NCBI GenBank assembly: GCA_041479785.1
Contig: JBGOYP010000001.1
Location: 1-38,691, forward strand
Direction: 5' to 3'
From: Candidatus Aminicenantia bacterium
GTDB taxonomy: Bacteria > Acidobacteriota > Aminicenantia > Aminicenantales > UBA4085
Length of the DNA: 38,691 bases
A program made the translations under genes and the position numbers. This document shows, piece by piece, positions 18,706 to 28,700 of this stretch; the stretch's first letter is position 1, and every line of letters begins with the position of its first letter. The notes beneath the pieces are model-generated. The model was not told the DNA's origin and made no database searches. It was given only the letters and a program-made list of their open reading frames with translations.

Positions 18706-20308
18706 ATACATTTTCGTGACGGGGGGAGTGCTGTCCGGTTTGGGCAAGGGTATCGCCGCCGCGTCCATCGGCCGGTTGCTCGAAAGCCACGGCTTTAAAA
18801 TCACGGTACAAAAGTTCGACCCTTACCTCAACGTCGACCCGGGGACGATGAGTCCGTTCCAGCACGGCGAGGTTTATGTCACCGACGACGGCGCCGAGAC
18901 CGACCTCGATCTTGGCCATTATGAGCGGTTTACATCGACGCGAACGACGAAATATCACAACTGGACCGCCGGAAAAATATACGACATCATCATCCGGAAA
19001 GAGCGGCGGGGCGAGTATCTCGGGAAAACCGTCCAGGTCATTCCGCACGTCACCGACGAGATCAAGAATGCGTTCCGCGCCGTCCAGAGCGACAACGATA
19101 TCATTATCGTCGAGATCGGCGGGACCGTGGGCGACATCGAGAGCCTTCCGTTCCTCGAAGCGACCCGACAGATGCGCCTGAGCCTGGGGCCCGAGAATGT
19201 CGTCTTCGTTCATTTGACGCTCGTTCCTTACCTCGGCACGTCGGGTGAGCTGAAGACCAAACCGACCCAGCATACTGTGAAGGAGCTGCGCGCGATCGGG
19301 ATCCAGCCGGATATCCTTCTTTGCCGCACCGACCGGTTCCTGACGCTGGACATCAAGACGAAGATCTCCCTCTTCACGAACGTACCGGTCGACGCGGTCA
19401 TCACGGCCAAGGACGTCGGCAACATCTACGAGGTTCCGCTCATCTTCGCCAAAGAGGGCCTCGACGAATTCATCCTCAAGCAGCTGCGGCTCGAATCCCG
19501 GACGTCCAACCTGGCGCAGTGGAAAGCGCTCGTCAACAGGATGAAACATCCGAAGGACGAGGTCGATATCGCCCTGGTGGGCAAATACGCGGGTCTCAAG
19601 GATTCGTATCTCAGCCTGAAGCAGGCGCTTGACCATGGCGGGCTCGGCCACCGCCTCAAGGTCAACGTGTCCTGGATCGAAGCCGAGGACCTCGAGCGCG
19701 GGAAGATCGAGAAGGTCCTCGGCGACAAGGACGGCGTCCTGGTGCCCGGCGGGTTCGGGCATCGCGGCATCGAGGGCAAAATCCGGGCCGTGACCTACGC
19801 CCGCGAGAATAAAGTCCCGTTCTTCGGGATCTGCCTCGGAATGCAGTGCGCCACCATCGAATTCGCCCGGAACGTGGCCGGGCTGGCCGGCGCGAACAGC
19901 ACGGAGTTCGACGCCGATGCGCCGTACAAGGTCTTTTTCAAGTGGAGAGAGATCCGGGGAATCCAGGACCTGGGCGGGACGATGCGGCTCGGCCAGTACC
20001 TTTGCAACCTGGAACGGAATTCGTTCGCTCACAAAGCTTACCGCGCGGGAGAAATTTATGAGCGGCATCGCCATCGCTACGAGTTCAACCCCGAATACGA
20101 AAAGCCGCTGACCGAAGCCGGGTTGTTCGTTTCGGGCAAGAACCCGGATTATGGCCTGGTCGAGATCGTCGAGATCCCGCGTCATCCCTGGTTCCTCGGC
20201 TGCCAGTTTCATCCAGAGTTCAAATCCAAGCCTTTGAAGCCGCACCCTCTTTTCAAAGCGTTCATCGGAGCAAGCTATGCCCACCGCCTCAAAAAGCATA
20301 AAAATTAG
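18698..20308 (+). CDS. pyrG: CTP synthase
   Basis: KYIFVTGGVLSGLGKGI, PYLNVDPGTMSPFQHGEV and GICLGMQ (the GATase Cys). Length is 536 aa. Confidence 0.95.
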   Translation: MSKYIFVTGGVLSGLGKGIAAASIGRLLESHGFKITVQKFDPYLNVDPGTMSPFQHGEVYVTDDGAETDLDLGHYERFTSTRTTKYHNWTAGKIYDIIIRKERRGEYLGKTVQVIPHVTDEIKNAFRAVQSDNDIIIVEIGGTVGDIESLPFLEATRQMRLSLGPENVVFVHLTLVPYLGTSGELKTKPTQHTVKELRAIGIQPDILLCRTDRFLTLDIKTKISLFTNVPVDAVITAKDVGNIYEVPLIFAKEGLDEFILKQLRLESRTSNLAQWKALVNRMKHPKDEVDIALVGKYAGLKDSYLSLKQALDHGGLGHRLKVNVSWIEAEDLERGKIEKVLGDKDGVLVPGGFGHRGIEGKIRAVTYARENKVPFFGICLGMQCATIEFARNVAGLAGANSTEFDADAPYKVFFKWREIRGIQDLGGTMRLGQYLCNLERNSFAHKAYRAGEIYERHRHRYEFNPEYEKPLTEAGLFVSGKNPDYGLVEIVEIPRHPWFLGCQFHPEFKSKPLKPHPLFKAFIGASYAHRLKKHKN

Positions 20309-21101
20309 CTCCGGCGTGACCGTCGGCGGGGGAGGATTGTTCCTCATCGCCGGGCCGTGCGTCATCGAGTCGGCGGAACGGACGCTCGGTATCGCCCGGC
20401 GGACAAAGGCCGTCGCGGACGCGCTCGGCCTCCCATTCATCTTCAAGGCGTCGTTCGATAAAGCGAACCGGACGTCGCTCCGCTCTTTCCGCGGACCCGG
20501 CCTGGATCAAGGGCTCGAGGTCCTCGCCGAAGTGAAGCGGACCTGCCACGTTCCGGTGCTTTCCGATGTCCACGAGACAGCGCACGTCGAAAAAGCCGCC
20601 GAGGTCCTTGACGTCATCCAGATCCCTGCGTTTCTCTGCCGCCAGACCGACCTCCTCGTCGCCGCGGCGCGGACGGGGAAGCCGGTGAACGTCAAAAAAG
20701 GCCAGTTTCTCTCCCCCTACGATATGAAGAACGTCGTGGAGAAGATCGAGAGCGCCGGCAATACGCGCATCCTCCTGACCGAGCGCGGGACGATGTTCGG
20801 TTACAACAACCTCGTCTTCGACGTCCGGGCCATCCCGATTATGAAAAGCTTCGGCTACCCCGTCGTCATCGACGCTTCGCATAGTGTCCAAAGACCGGGC
20901 GGGAGGGGCGATGTTTCGGGAGGCGAGAAAGAATTCATTCCGGTCATCGCCCGGGCCGGCGTCAGCGCGGGCGCCGACGGGATTTTTCTTGAAGTCCACG
21001 ACGAACCCTCCCAGGCCCTTTCGGACAAGGACAACTCCTTGAAGGTCCGCGAGTTGAAAGAACTCGTCGCGACGCTTTTAAGATTGAAAAAAGCCCTGTA
21101 A
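20277..21101 (+). CDS. kdsA: 2-dehydro-3-deoxyphosphooctonate aldolase (Kdo-8-P synthase)
   Basis: LFLIAGPCVIES, FKASFDKANRTS, NVKKGQF and DASHSVQ. ATG 20277 overlaps pyrG by 32 nt. An alternative GTG at 20316 would remove the overlap. Confidence 0.9.
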   Translation: MPTASKSIKISSGVTVGGGGLFLIAGPCVIESAERTLGIARRTKAVADALGLPFIFKASFDKANRTSLRSFRGPGLDQGLEVLAEVKRTCHVPVLSDVHETAHVEKAAEVLDVIQIPAFLCRQTDLLVAAARTGKPVNVKKGQFLSPYDMKNVVEKIESAGNTRILLTERGTMFGYNNLVFDVRAIPIMKSFGYPVVIDASHSVQRPGGRGDVSGGEKEFIPVIARAGVSAGADGIFLEVHDEPSQALSDKDNSLKVRELKELVATLLRLKKAL

Positions 21102-21111
21102 AGGACGCCTC

Positions 21112-22083
21112 ATGACCAAACGGAGTGTCATCGAAACGGGACGCGAAGTCCTCGAGATCGAGGCCGGCGCGGTCCGGGCCTTGAGCGCCCGCCTGGACGA
21201 CAATTTCGCCAAAGCCGTCGACCTTCTTTATCGAACGAAAGCCCGCATCATCGTCATCGGGATGGGAAAATCCGGACTCGTGGGCCGTAAGATCGCGGCC
21301 ACGCTTGCGAGTTGCGGTACGCCGGCGATGTTCGTCCACCCCGCGGAGGCCGGCCACGGCGACCTGGGAATGATCCTGAAGGACGACGTTATTCTCGCGG
21401 TCTCCTACAGCGGCGAAACCCGCGAGATCCTGGACATGCTGGAGTTCATCAAGAGGATCGGCGTCAAATTGATCACGATCACGGGACACAAGGCCTCGCG
21501 GATCGCGCGGTACAGCGATATCGTCCTGGACGCGCGGGTCGAGACCGAGGCCGGACCGAACGGCATCGTCCCGACGTCGAGCTCGACGGCGGCGCTCGCC
21601 CTCGGCGATGCCCTCGCGATCGCCGTCATGAAAAAAAAGGGATTCAGCGAACGTGAATTCGCGTTCGTCCATCCCAAGGGTGCGATCGGCAAAAAGCTTC
21701 TCCGTGTCGAGAGCCTCATGCACAAGGGCCGGGCGGTTCCGTCCGTCCCGCTGGACATGCCGATGCCCGAGGTGATCGACGAAATGACGGCCAAGCGCCT
21801 GGGGATGACATGCGTCCTCGCCGCCGACGGCCGTCTGGCCGGGATCATCACCGACGGCGACCTTCGACGGATGATGGGCAAGTACAAGGACAGCCTTTTG
21901 GCGAAGCGGGCGCGGGACTGCATGACGCCGGACCCGGTGACGATCGACAAATCCGACCTGGCCACCGAAGCCCTCAACATCATGGAGCAGAAAAAAATCA
22001 CGTCGCTGATCGTCCGGAACAAGGACGGTAAGGTCGAAGGGATCATCCACCTTCACGGCTTGTGGCGGACGGAGATGGTTTGA
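21112..22083 (+). CDS. kdsD: Arabinose-5-phosphate isomerase (SIS + 2 CBS), KdsD/KpsF type
   Basis: The SIS motif is VIGMGKSGLVGRKIAATL...SYSGET, followed by a CBS pair at the C-terminus. Kdo gene context. Confidence 0.88.
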   Translation: MTKRSVIETGREVLEIEAGAVRALSARLDDNFAKAVDLLYRTKARIIVIGMGKSGLVGRKIAATLASCGTPAMFVHPAEAGHGDLGMILKDDVILAVSYSGETREILDMLEFIKRIGVKLITITGHKASRIARYSDIVLDARVETEAGPNGIVPTSSSTAALALGDALAIAVMKKKGFSEREFAFVHPKGAIGKKLLRVESLMHKGRAVPSVPLDMPMPEVIDEMTAKRLGMTCVLAADGRLAGIITDGDLRRMMGKYKDSLLAKRARDCMTPDPVTIDKSDLATEALNIMEQKKITSLIVRNKDGKVEGIIHLHGLWRTEMV

Positions 22084-22622
22084 TGCGGGCTCGCGACCGG
22101 GCCCGACGGGTCAAGATGATCCTGTCGGACGTGGACGGAACGCTCACCGACGGGACGATCGCAGTCTTACCTGACGGCGAAGAGGTCAAGTCCTACGACG
22201 TCAAGGACGGCCTGGGCGTGTTCCTGGCCCGCAGCGCCGGTCTCGAGGTCGGTCTCATTACGGGAAAGATGTCGGCGGGGCTCGAGAAGAGGGCCGAACG
22301 CTTGCGCATCAAGGAACTGCACCAGGGCGTAGCCGATAAAATGCCCGTGTTCGAAGCGATCCTGGCCAAGCACGGGCTGTCGGCCGTCGAGGTCGCGTAT
22401 CTCGGCGATGACCTGGGTGACCTCGCCGTCATGAAACGCGCGGGCCTGGCCGCCGCGGTCCGGGACGCCCATCACCTCGTCCGCAAACAGGCGCACTATG
22501 TTTGCGCCCGGGGCGGCGGACGGGGCGCGTTTCGCGAGCTCGTCGAGTTCATCGTCGGGGCGCAAAAGAAATGGGGCGTCGTCGAAGAACGATTCAGCTC
22601 GATGTTCGACCGTAAACTCTAG
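22083..22622 (+). CDS. kdsC: Kdo-8-phosphate phosphatase (HAD-IIIA, YrbI family)
   Basis: ILSDVDGTLTDG and YLGDDLGD HAD motifs. The start is taken at ATG 22083, sharing 1 nt with the kdsD stop. The ORF track extends 7 codons upstream. Confidence 0.85.
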   Translation: MRARDRARRVKMILSDVDGTLTDGTIAVLPDGEEVKSYDVKDGLGVFLARSAGLEVGLITGKMSAGLEKRAERLRIKELHQGVADKMPVFEAILAKHGLSAVEVAYLGDDLGDLAVMKRAGLAAAVRDAHHLVRKQAHYVCARGGGRGAFRELVEFIVGAQKKWGVVEERFSSMFDRKL

Positions 22623-22642
22623 AAAAACGGGGGAGGACGACC

Positions 22643-24010
22643 GTGGAGATCAATCCGAATATCTTTCGCGAGTACGACATCCGGGGGATCGTGGATAAGG
22701 ACCTCACTCCGGGCGTCGTCCGGACGCTCGGGAGGGGGATCGGGACTTATTTTCGCGGGCAAGGAAGGCGCGTCGTCGCCGTCGGCCGCGATTGCCGGCT
22801 CAGCTCCCCCGAGTTCGCCCGGCATTTGATGGCCGGCCTCCGCTCGACGGGCTGTGACGTGTTCGACCTCGGAACGATCCCGACGCCGCTGCTCTATTTC
22901 ACGATCTTTTACAAAAATATCGAGGCGGGCGTCATGATTACGGGCTCGCACAACCCTCCCGAATACAACGGGTTTAAAATGATGTCGGGAACGGAGACGC
23001 TCTACGGAGAGACGATCCAGGAGATTTACCGGCTGATCCGGGACGACCGCCTGACCTCCGGGCTCGAGGGAACGGAAACGTCCTTGAAGATCGTCCCGGA
23101 ATACCTCGATTACGTCTCGGGCCAAATCCGCCTCGCCCGGCGGCTTAAGGTCGTTATCGACGCGGGCAACGGCACGGGCGGCGTCGTGGCCGTCCCTATT
23201 TTCAAGAGGTTGGGGTGTGATGTCGTCGAGCTTTACTGCGACATGGACGGCCGGTTTCCGAACCACCATCCGGACCCGACGCTGCCCGAGGCGATGCGGG
23301 ACCTGATCCGGACCGTCCGCGAGACACGGGCCGACCTTGGGATCGCGTATGACGGAGACGCCGACCGCATCGGCGTGGTCGCCGATGACGGACGGTTGAT
23401 CTGGGGCGACCAGCTCATGATCTTCTTCGCCCGTGATATTCTGCCGGCTCACCCCGGCGCCGTGATCATATCCGAGGTGAAAGCGACGAAGACGCTGTAC
23501 GACGAGATCGCGAAACTCGGCGGGACGCCGATCATGTGGAAGACCGGACATTCGCTCATCAAGAAAAAGATCAAAGAGGAAAAGGCGCTGCTCGCGGGGG
23601 AGATGAGCGGCCATCTCTTTTTCGCCGACCGGTGGTTCGGTTTTGACGACGCCATCTACGCCTCGTTGCGGCTCGCCGAACTCGTCTCGCGCTCGGACCG
23701 GACGGTCTCCCAAATGCTCGATACCCTTCCCAAGACATTCAGCACGCCGGAGATCCGGATCTACGCCTCCGAAGAGGTTAAGTTTAAAATCGTCGAGGAC
23801 GTGAAAAAAGAGCTGGCCCGAAAGCACCGGGTCATCGACATCGACGGCGTCCGGGCGATCTTCCCGAACGGATGGGGCCTCGTCCGGGCTTCGAACACGC
23901 AGGCCGTTCTTGTCTTGCGGTTCGAGGCCGATTCCGAATCCGACCTCGCCGCCATCCAGAGCGAAGTCAAGGCGGCGGTGGAGCGGGCCATCAAGAGATT
24001 GGGCAAATGA
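22643..24010 (+). CDS. manB: Phosphomannomutase/phosphoglucomutase
   Basis: IFREYDIRG, the catalytic TGSHNPPEYNGFK, the metal site AYDGDADRIGV, and GEMSGH. GTG start. Confidence 0.88.
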   Translation: MEINPNIFREYDIRGIVDKDLTPGVVRTLGRGIGTYFRGQGRRVVAVGRDCRLSSPEFARHLMAGLRSTGCDVFDLGTIPTPLLYFTIFYKNIEAGVMITGSHNPPEYNGFKMMSGTETLYGETIQEIYRLIRDDRLTSGLEGTETSLKIVPEYLDYVSGQIRLARRLKVVIDAGNGTGGVVAVPIFKRLGCDVVELYCDMDGRFPNHHPDPTLPEAMRDLIRTVRETRADLGIAYDGDADRIGVVADDGRLIWGDQLMIFFARDILPAHPGAVIISEVKATKTLYDEIAKLGGTPIMWKTGHSLIKKKIKEEKALLAGEMSGHLFFADRWFGFDDAIYASLRLAELVSRSDRTVSQMLDTLPKTFSTPEIRIYASEEVKFKIVEDVKKELARKHRVIDIDGVRAIFPNGWGLVRASNTQAVLVLRFEADSESDLAAIQSEVKAAVERAIKRLGK

Positions 24011-25098
24011 AGAACGCCGGGCCCGATATCCGCGTCGTCATCATGGCCGGAGGCAGCGGCACCCGCTTCTGGCCGCTCAGCCGAAAGCGTTCGCCCAAGC
24101 AATTCCTGCCGATCACGAGCTCGCGGACGATGATCGAGGAAACCGTCCGCCGCGTTCTACCTCTTGTCCCGCGGACAAAGATCCATACGGTCGCGAACGC
24201 GGACCAGACGCGAACGATCAGGCGCCTACTGTTGCGCATCCCCGAGCGGAACTTCCTCGTGGAACCGCAGGGGCGCAATACCGCGCCGTCGCTCATCCTG
24301 GCCACGGCCTGGGTCTACCTCCAAAATCCCGAAGCGGTGGTGGCCGTCCTCCCTTCGGACCATTTGATCGCCGACCCTGAGGCCTTCTTGAAGAGATTCG
24401 AAGCGGCGGCGACGGCGGCCGCGGTCGAGGACGCTCTCGTGACGTTCGGCGTTCGGCCGACGTTTCCGTCGACGGGTTTCGGGTATATCCGGTTTCACCG
24501 GGACAAGGCGAGGCGAATTTCGGGAGACGCGTTCTACGATGTCGCCTCTTTTCATGAAAAACCGTCCCTCGAGACCGCGCTCGAATTTCTCAAATCCGGG
24601 AATTATTTCTGGAATTCCGGCATGTTCCTCTGGCGGGCCGATGTGTTCGCGAGGAAGCTGGACCTTTACGCGCCCGAGTTTTCCGCGTTCTGGACGAGAA
24701 TGCTCGACGCGCTGCGGTCGAAATCGAAAACCGCCCTCGCGACGCTTTTCGCCGAGATTCCGGCGACTTCGATCGACTACGCTCTCATGGAGCGGGCGAA
24801 GGGCGTTCTCGTCACGGAGGGCGATTTTGGATGGTCGGACGTCGGCGCCTGGTCGGCGCTATCCGACATCTGGGAAAAAGACGGGGCGGGAAACGCCATC
24901 AAGGGAGACCCGGTCGTCCTCGATTCCGAAAATGTCATTTGCTACAGCCCGGGAAAGGTCGCGGCCTTGGTGGGAGTGAAGGACCTCATCGTGGTGGACA
25001 CGAAAGACGCCTTGCTTATCTGCCGGAAAGACCAGGACCAAAGGGTCAAGGAAATCTTGGATATCCTGGCGAAGAGCGGGAAAGCGGGAATTTTATAG
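24007..25098 (+). CDS. manC: Mannose-1-phosphate guanylyltransferase (no C-terminal cupin/PMI domain)
   Basis: VIMAGGSGTRFWPLSR, PSDHLI and FGYI. The start is taken at in-frame ATG 24007 (ATGA overlap with the manB stop). The ORF-track upstream extension overlaps manB. Confidence 0.82.
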   Translation: MKNAGPDIRVVIMAGGSGTRFWPLSRKRSPKQFLPITSSRTMIEETVRRVLPLVPRTKIHTVANADQTRTIRRLLLRIPERNFLVEPQGRNTAPSLILATAWVYLQNPEAVVAVLPSDHLIADPEAFLKRFEAAATAAAVEDALVTFGVRPTFPSTGFGYIRFHRDKARRISGDAFYDVASFHEKPSLETALEFLKSGNYFWNSGMFLWRADVFARKLDLYAPEFSAFWTRMLDALRSKSKTALATLFAEIPATSIDYALMERAKGVLVTEGDFGWSDVGAWSALSDIWEKDGAGNAIKGDPVVLDSENVICYSPGKVAALVGVKDLIVVDTKDALLICRKDQDQRVKEILDILAKSGKAGIL

Positions 25099-25153
25099 AA
25101 ATCGAGACCGGATCATGTCCAATAATTAGACATTTCAGCGTAGGTCTATAAGT

Positions 25154-25408
25154 CTAGTGGATTATCCGGATTTTCTTGTTGAGGACTATCGGGGCAGGCG
25201 GGCCTCCCAGGTTGAAAAGCGCCATGCGTATGGCCAAAGCGGCGGTTGAAACTTCGCCGATTCCAATCGGGCCCGGGGCGTTACGGACGCCTGCTTCTAG
25301 CAGGTACTCGAGATATTCCATCTTGAGCTCGTCCATCGTCGGAAGAGTATCTCCAAGAACCGAAGTTTCTATTTCGGCCTGGGGAGAAACGCTTCGGTCG
25401 GTCTTCAT
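25154..25408 (-). CDS. Hypothetical 84-aa protein (orphan, no motif recognised)
   Basis: MKTDRSVSPQAEIETSVLGDTLPTMDELKMEYLEYLLEAGVRNAPGPIGIGEVSTAALAIRMALFNLGGPPAPIVLNKKIRIIH. Its composition is more protein-like than the overlapping + strand ORF (R/S/P-rich). There is no clear Shine-Dalgarno. Confidence 0.35.
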   Translation of the reverse strand: MKTDRSVSPQAEIETSVLGDTLPTMDELKMEYLEYLLEAGVRNAPGPIGIGEVSTAALAIRMALFNLGGPPAPIVLNKKIRIIH

Positions 25409-25470
25409 GGGCGTTACCGTCCCTGGGCTTGTTTGATCAGCCGAATATTGTTCGAGACGACGTAGGACAG

Positions 25471-25735
25471 CGCTATTTTTATAATTTTGGCTCTATATTC
25501 GATCATTTCGAATATTAATACAGCATATATGGTGCCAATTATTAAATATGTTTTATATCTCGCTTATTATAAATATTATATGAAAATATAACAATGATTT
25601 AGAATTATAATAGAGTGTTCTGATTAAATACATCATTTAATATTATAATTGCTATAATGTTATTAATAAATGAAATAAACGCAATAGTTTTAAAATGTCC
25701 ACATATTGTTCACATTTATATTCCGGTATCTTTTA
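25471..25735. other. Extremely AT-rich non-coding island (about 20% GC) carrying short direct repeats and DnaA-box-like 9-mers
   Basis: My hand count is 43 G+C in the 220 nt from 25501 to 25720. The flanking genes are about 55-65% GC. No ORF of meaningful length is present. Confidence 0.9.
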
Positions 25736-25780
25736 AGACGGCCCCGAATCCGGTATAATCGGCCCAAGGAGGATTCGAAC

Positions 25781-28700
25781 ATGCGTCGTTTCAAAGCTTT
25801 TTTTCTTTTCCTAGCCTTGTTATTCGGTTGTTTATTGAGTATTTCATCGGCCCAGGAAAAAGCCCTTGTCGGAGCGCGCCATCCTGCCATTTCGCCCGAC
25901 GGCAAGCAGGTCGCGTTTTCCTATATGGGCGACTTCTGGGTTGTCTCCGCGGACGGAGGAAAAGCTTATCGTTTGACCGACCATGTCGCTTATGAGCGCG
26001 AACCGGTCTGGTCCCCGGACGGCCAATCCCTTGCGTTCACCTCCAACCGGTTTGGGAACAACGACGTCTTTGTGATGAAAGCCCAGGGCGGAACACCCGT
26101 CCAGCTCACTTTTCATACCGGTGACGACGTCGCCACCGATTTCACACCCGACGGAAATGGGGTCATTTTCCGGTCATCGCGCGCATCATCTTCCAGCCTT
26201 TATAAGATCCCGGTCACGGGCGGCAACGAAATTCCCGTCCTCGAAACCTATTGGAATTGGGCGTATCACGCCAGGGTCAGCCCGGACGGTCGCTCGCTCG
26301 TTTTTTCCGAGGGCATGGAGAACGGCTATTGGTGGCGGCGCGGCTACCGCGGCGCGAACACAGCCAAGGTCTGGATTTCGGAATTGGCGGGCGGCGGAAT
26401 CAAAAAAGTCGTCGACGACACGGCGAACGCGTTCTGGCCGGATTGGAGCGTCGACGGCGGCCGGCTCTATTATGTCAGCGACCGAACGTCGGGCGTTTAT
26501 AACATCTGGTCGGCGTCGCGCGACGGTTCGGACAAAAAGCCGGTCACATCTTTCAAGAATGGCGATGTCCGGTGGATGTCCGTCGCGGCGCGCGCCCCGC
26601 TGGCCGCGTTTGAAAGGGATTTCGGCATATGGCTGACCGACCTGCGGACCGGCGCCTCTCGGCAAGTCGCCATCGATGCGCCCGCCGAGACCAAGGAGAA
26701 CCGGACGTTCTTCATCGAGAACGGCCCTGTTTCGGAATACCGTCTTTCCCCCGACGGGAAGAAGATCGCGGCCGTTGTCCGGGGGGAAATCTTCATCCTC
26801 TCACCGGACGGCGGGTATGCCCGTAATATCACGAATTCCCCGTGGCGTGAAAAGGACATCGACTGGGACAAGGATAGCCGGGCCATCGTCTATGTCTCGG
26901 ATATCAATGCCCGCCCGGACCTCTTTCTCATCTCCGCGCTCGGCGACGGGACGCCGCGCCGGCTGACGGATTCGGCCGAGGACGAAAACACGCCCCGGTT
27001 TTCGCCCGACGGAAAATGGATCGCCTATTATCGAGGGCAGCGCCAACTCCGGGTCGTCCAGCCGGACGGTCAGGGCGACCGGCTCCTTGCCGAGGGCGAT
27101 TTCGGCGGTCGCTTCGCCGACGATTTTGTCTGGTCGCCGGACGGTAAGTTCATCGCGGTCGCCGCGAGCCGGAACGCCAACCAGGACCTTTTCGCCGTCG
27201 AGCTGGCGACGGGGGCGATGCGCCTGCTGACGAACACGGCCTATGATGAAGCCATGCCGACCTGGACGGCCGACGGCAAGTCGATCCTCTTCTTATCCAA
27301 TCGGACGGGGCACAGCTTCCCTGAATTCACCGGCCAGCGGGACCTCTATCAGCTCCATCTCCAACCCGTTCCGCCCGAGTTTGCCGAGGACGATTTCGAT
27401 AAAATGTTCGCGAAGGAAGAGGCGGACAAAGCGGCTAAGCCCGAGCCCAAAAAGGACGAGAAGGCGCCTGATATCACGCTGAAGCTCGATAACCTCGACC
27501 GGCAGACCGAGATCGTGGTGAGCACGCTGGGGAACGAACAGCAATTCGTCCACTTGGCCAAAGACGACTCGGTCGTTTTTGTCTCCAATATGGACGGCCG
27601 GAGCCATTTCTGGAAGACCAGCCTGAAAAGAAAGGAGCGCGGCCGGTTCGAAGCGTTCATGCCCCAGGTTAATAACCCGTCGTCGCTCCAGCTCGATAAA
27701 AAGGGCGACGCGCTTTATTATCTCAGCGGAGGTCAGGTCGGCCGCATCGAGCTCACCGCCCAACGCCAAAAGAATGTTGCCTTCGAGACGAAGATCATGG
27801 TCGATAAGACCGCGGATTATGAGCAGATGCTGGGCGAGCTCTATTACACGCTCGAGGACTATTACTATGACTCGGCGCACCACAAGGTGAACTGGCGCGA
27901 GATCTTTGAGAGGTACCGGCCCGTCCTTCAGCAGGTTCGCGAAGACCAGGATTTCGCCGATTATGCCGATGTGATGATCGGCTGGATCAATTCCTCGCAT
28001 ATGGGGTTCACCATGCCGCGGACGGGCCGCATCGACCAGCCGAGCGCCCACGTCGGGGCGGTCTGGTCCTTCGAGGGCGGGAAGGTCGTCCTGAGCCGGG
28101 TCATCAAGGACGGCCCGCTCTATGACCAGCGGGACAACGTAACCGTCGGCGACGAGCTCGTCGCGGTGGACGGCAAATCGGTCGACCCCGCGAAGAACAT
28201 CTGGACCTATTTCAACGGAAAACTCGACAAGCGGCTGAAGCTCGGGTTCAAAAGCGCGAAGACGCAAAAAACATCCGAGGTGGCGGTTAAAGCGATCTCC
28301 GCGGCCGACGAGAACCGACTTTTACTCGAAGAATGGATCGCCGGCCGCCGCGATATCGTCAGGCAGAAGACGGACGACCAAGTTGCGTATCTTTACATGC
28401 GGGCCATGGGCATGGGCGACCTCAATCGGTTCCTGCTCGAGCTCGAGCGCGACGCCGTCCCGCGGAAAGGACTGATCCTCGACTTGCGCTTCAACAGCGG
28501 CGGGAACGTCCACGACCGCGTCCTTCAAGCTCTAATGCAGCCGAAATACGCCAAGTGGCAAAAGAGGGGCCTCGGCGAAACGCCGCAATCGTCGTTCGGG
28601 TTCGCGGACAAGCCCGTTGTCGTGCTCACGAACGAGGTCACGCTGTCCGACGGCGAAATGACGACGAACGGATTCAAAGCGCTCAAGCGCGGCCCCGTCG

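Noticed and set aside
18665-20446. 593-aa ORF on the minus strand
   Set aside because: It lies entirely antisense to pyrG, which has unambiguous CTP-synthase motifs. The product is R/D/G/P/A-rich low-information sequence, typical of open antisense frames in GC-rich coding DNA.
20962-23827. Two long minus-strand ORFs (20962..22056, 364 aa; 22619..23827, 402 aa)
   Set aside because: They are antisense to kdsD and manB respectively and are Arg/Asp/Pro-rich. These are GC-driven shadow ORFs.
25157-25170. DnaA-box-like GTGGATTATCCGGA near the manC end
   Set aside because: It matches only 7 of 9 positions in either orientation and lies inside the orphan ORF 3' end. On its own this is not distinguishable from chance.
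25176-25436. 86-aa plus-strand ORF overlapping the orphan minus-strand ORF
   Set aside because: Its R/S/P-rich composition looks off-frame. I preferred the minus-strand frame, with only low confidence.
25766-25780. tRNA T-loop-like GGATTCGAAC
   Set aside because: It is part of the Shine-Dalgarno/spacer of the tricorn gene, and no acceptor or anticodon stems surround it.
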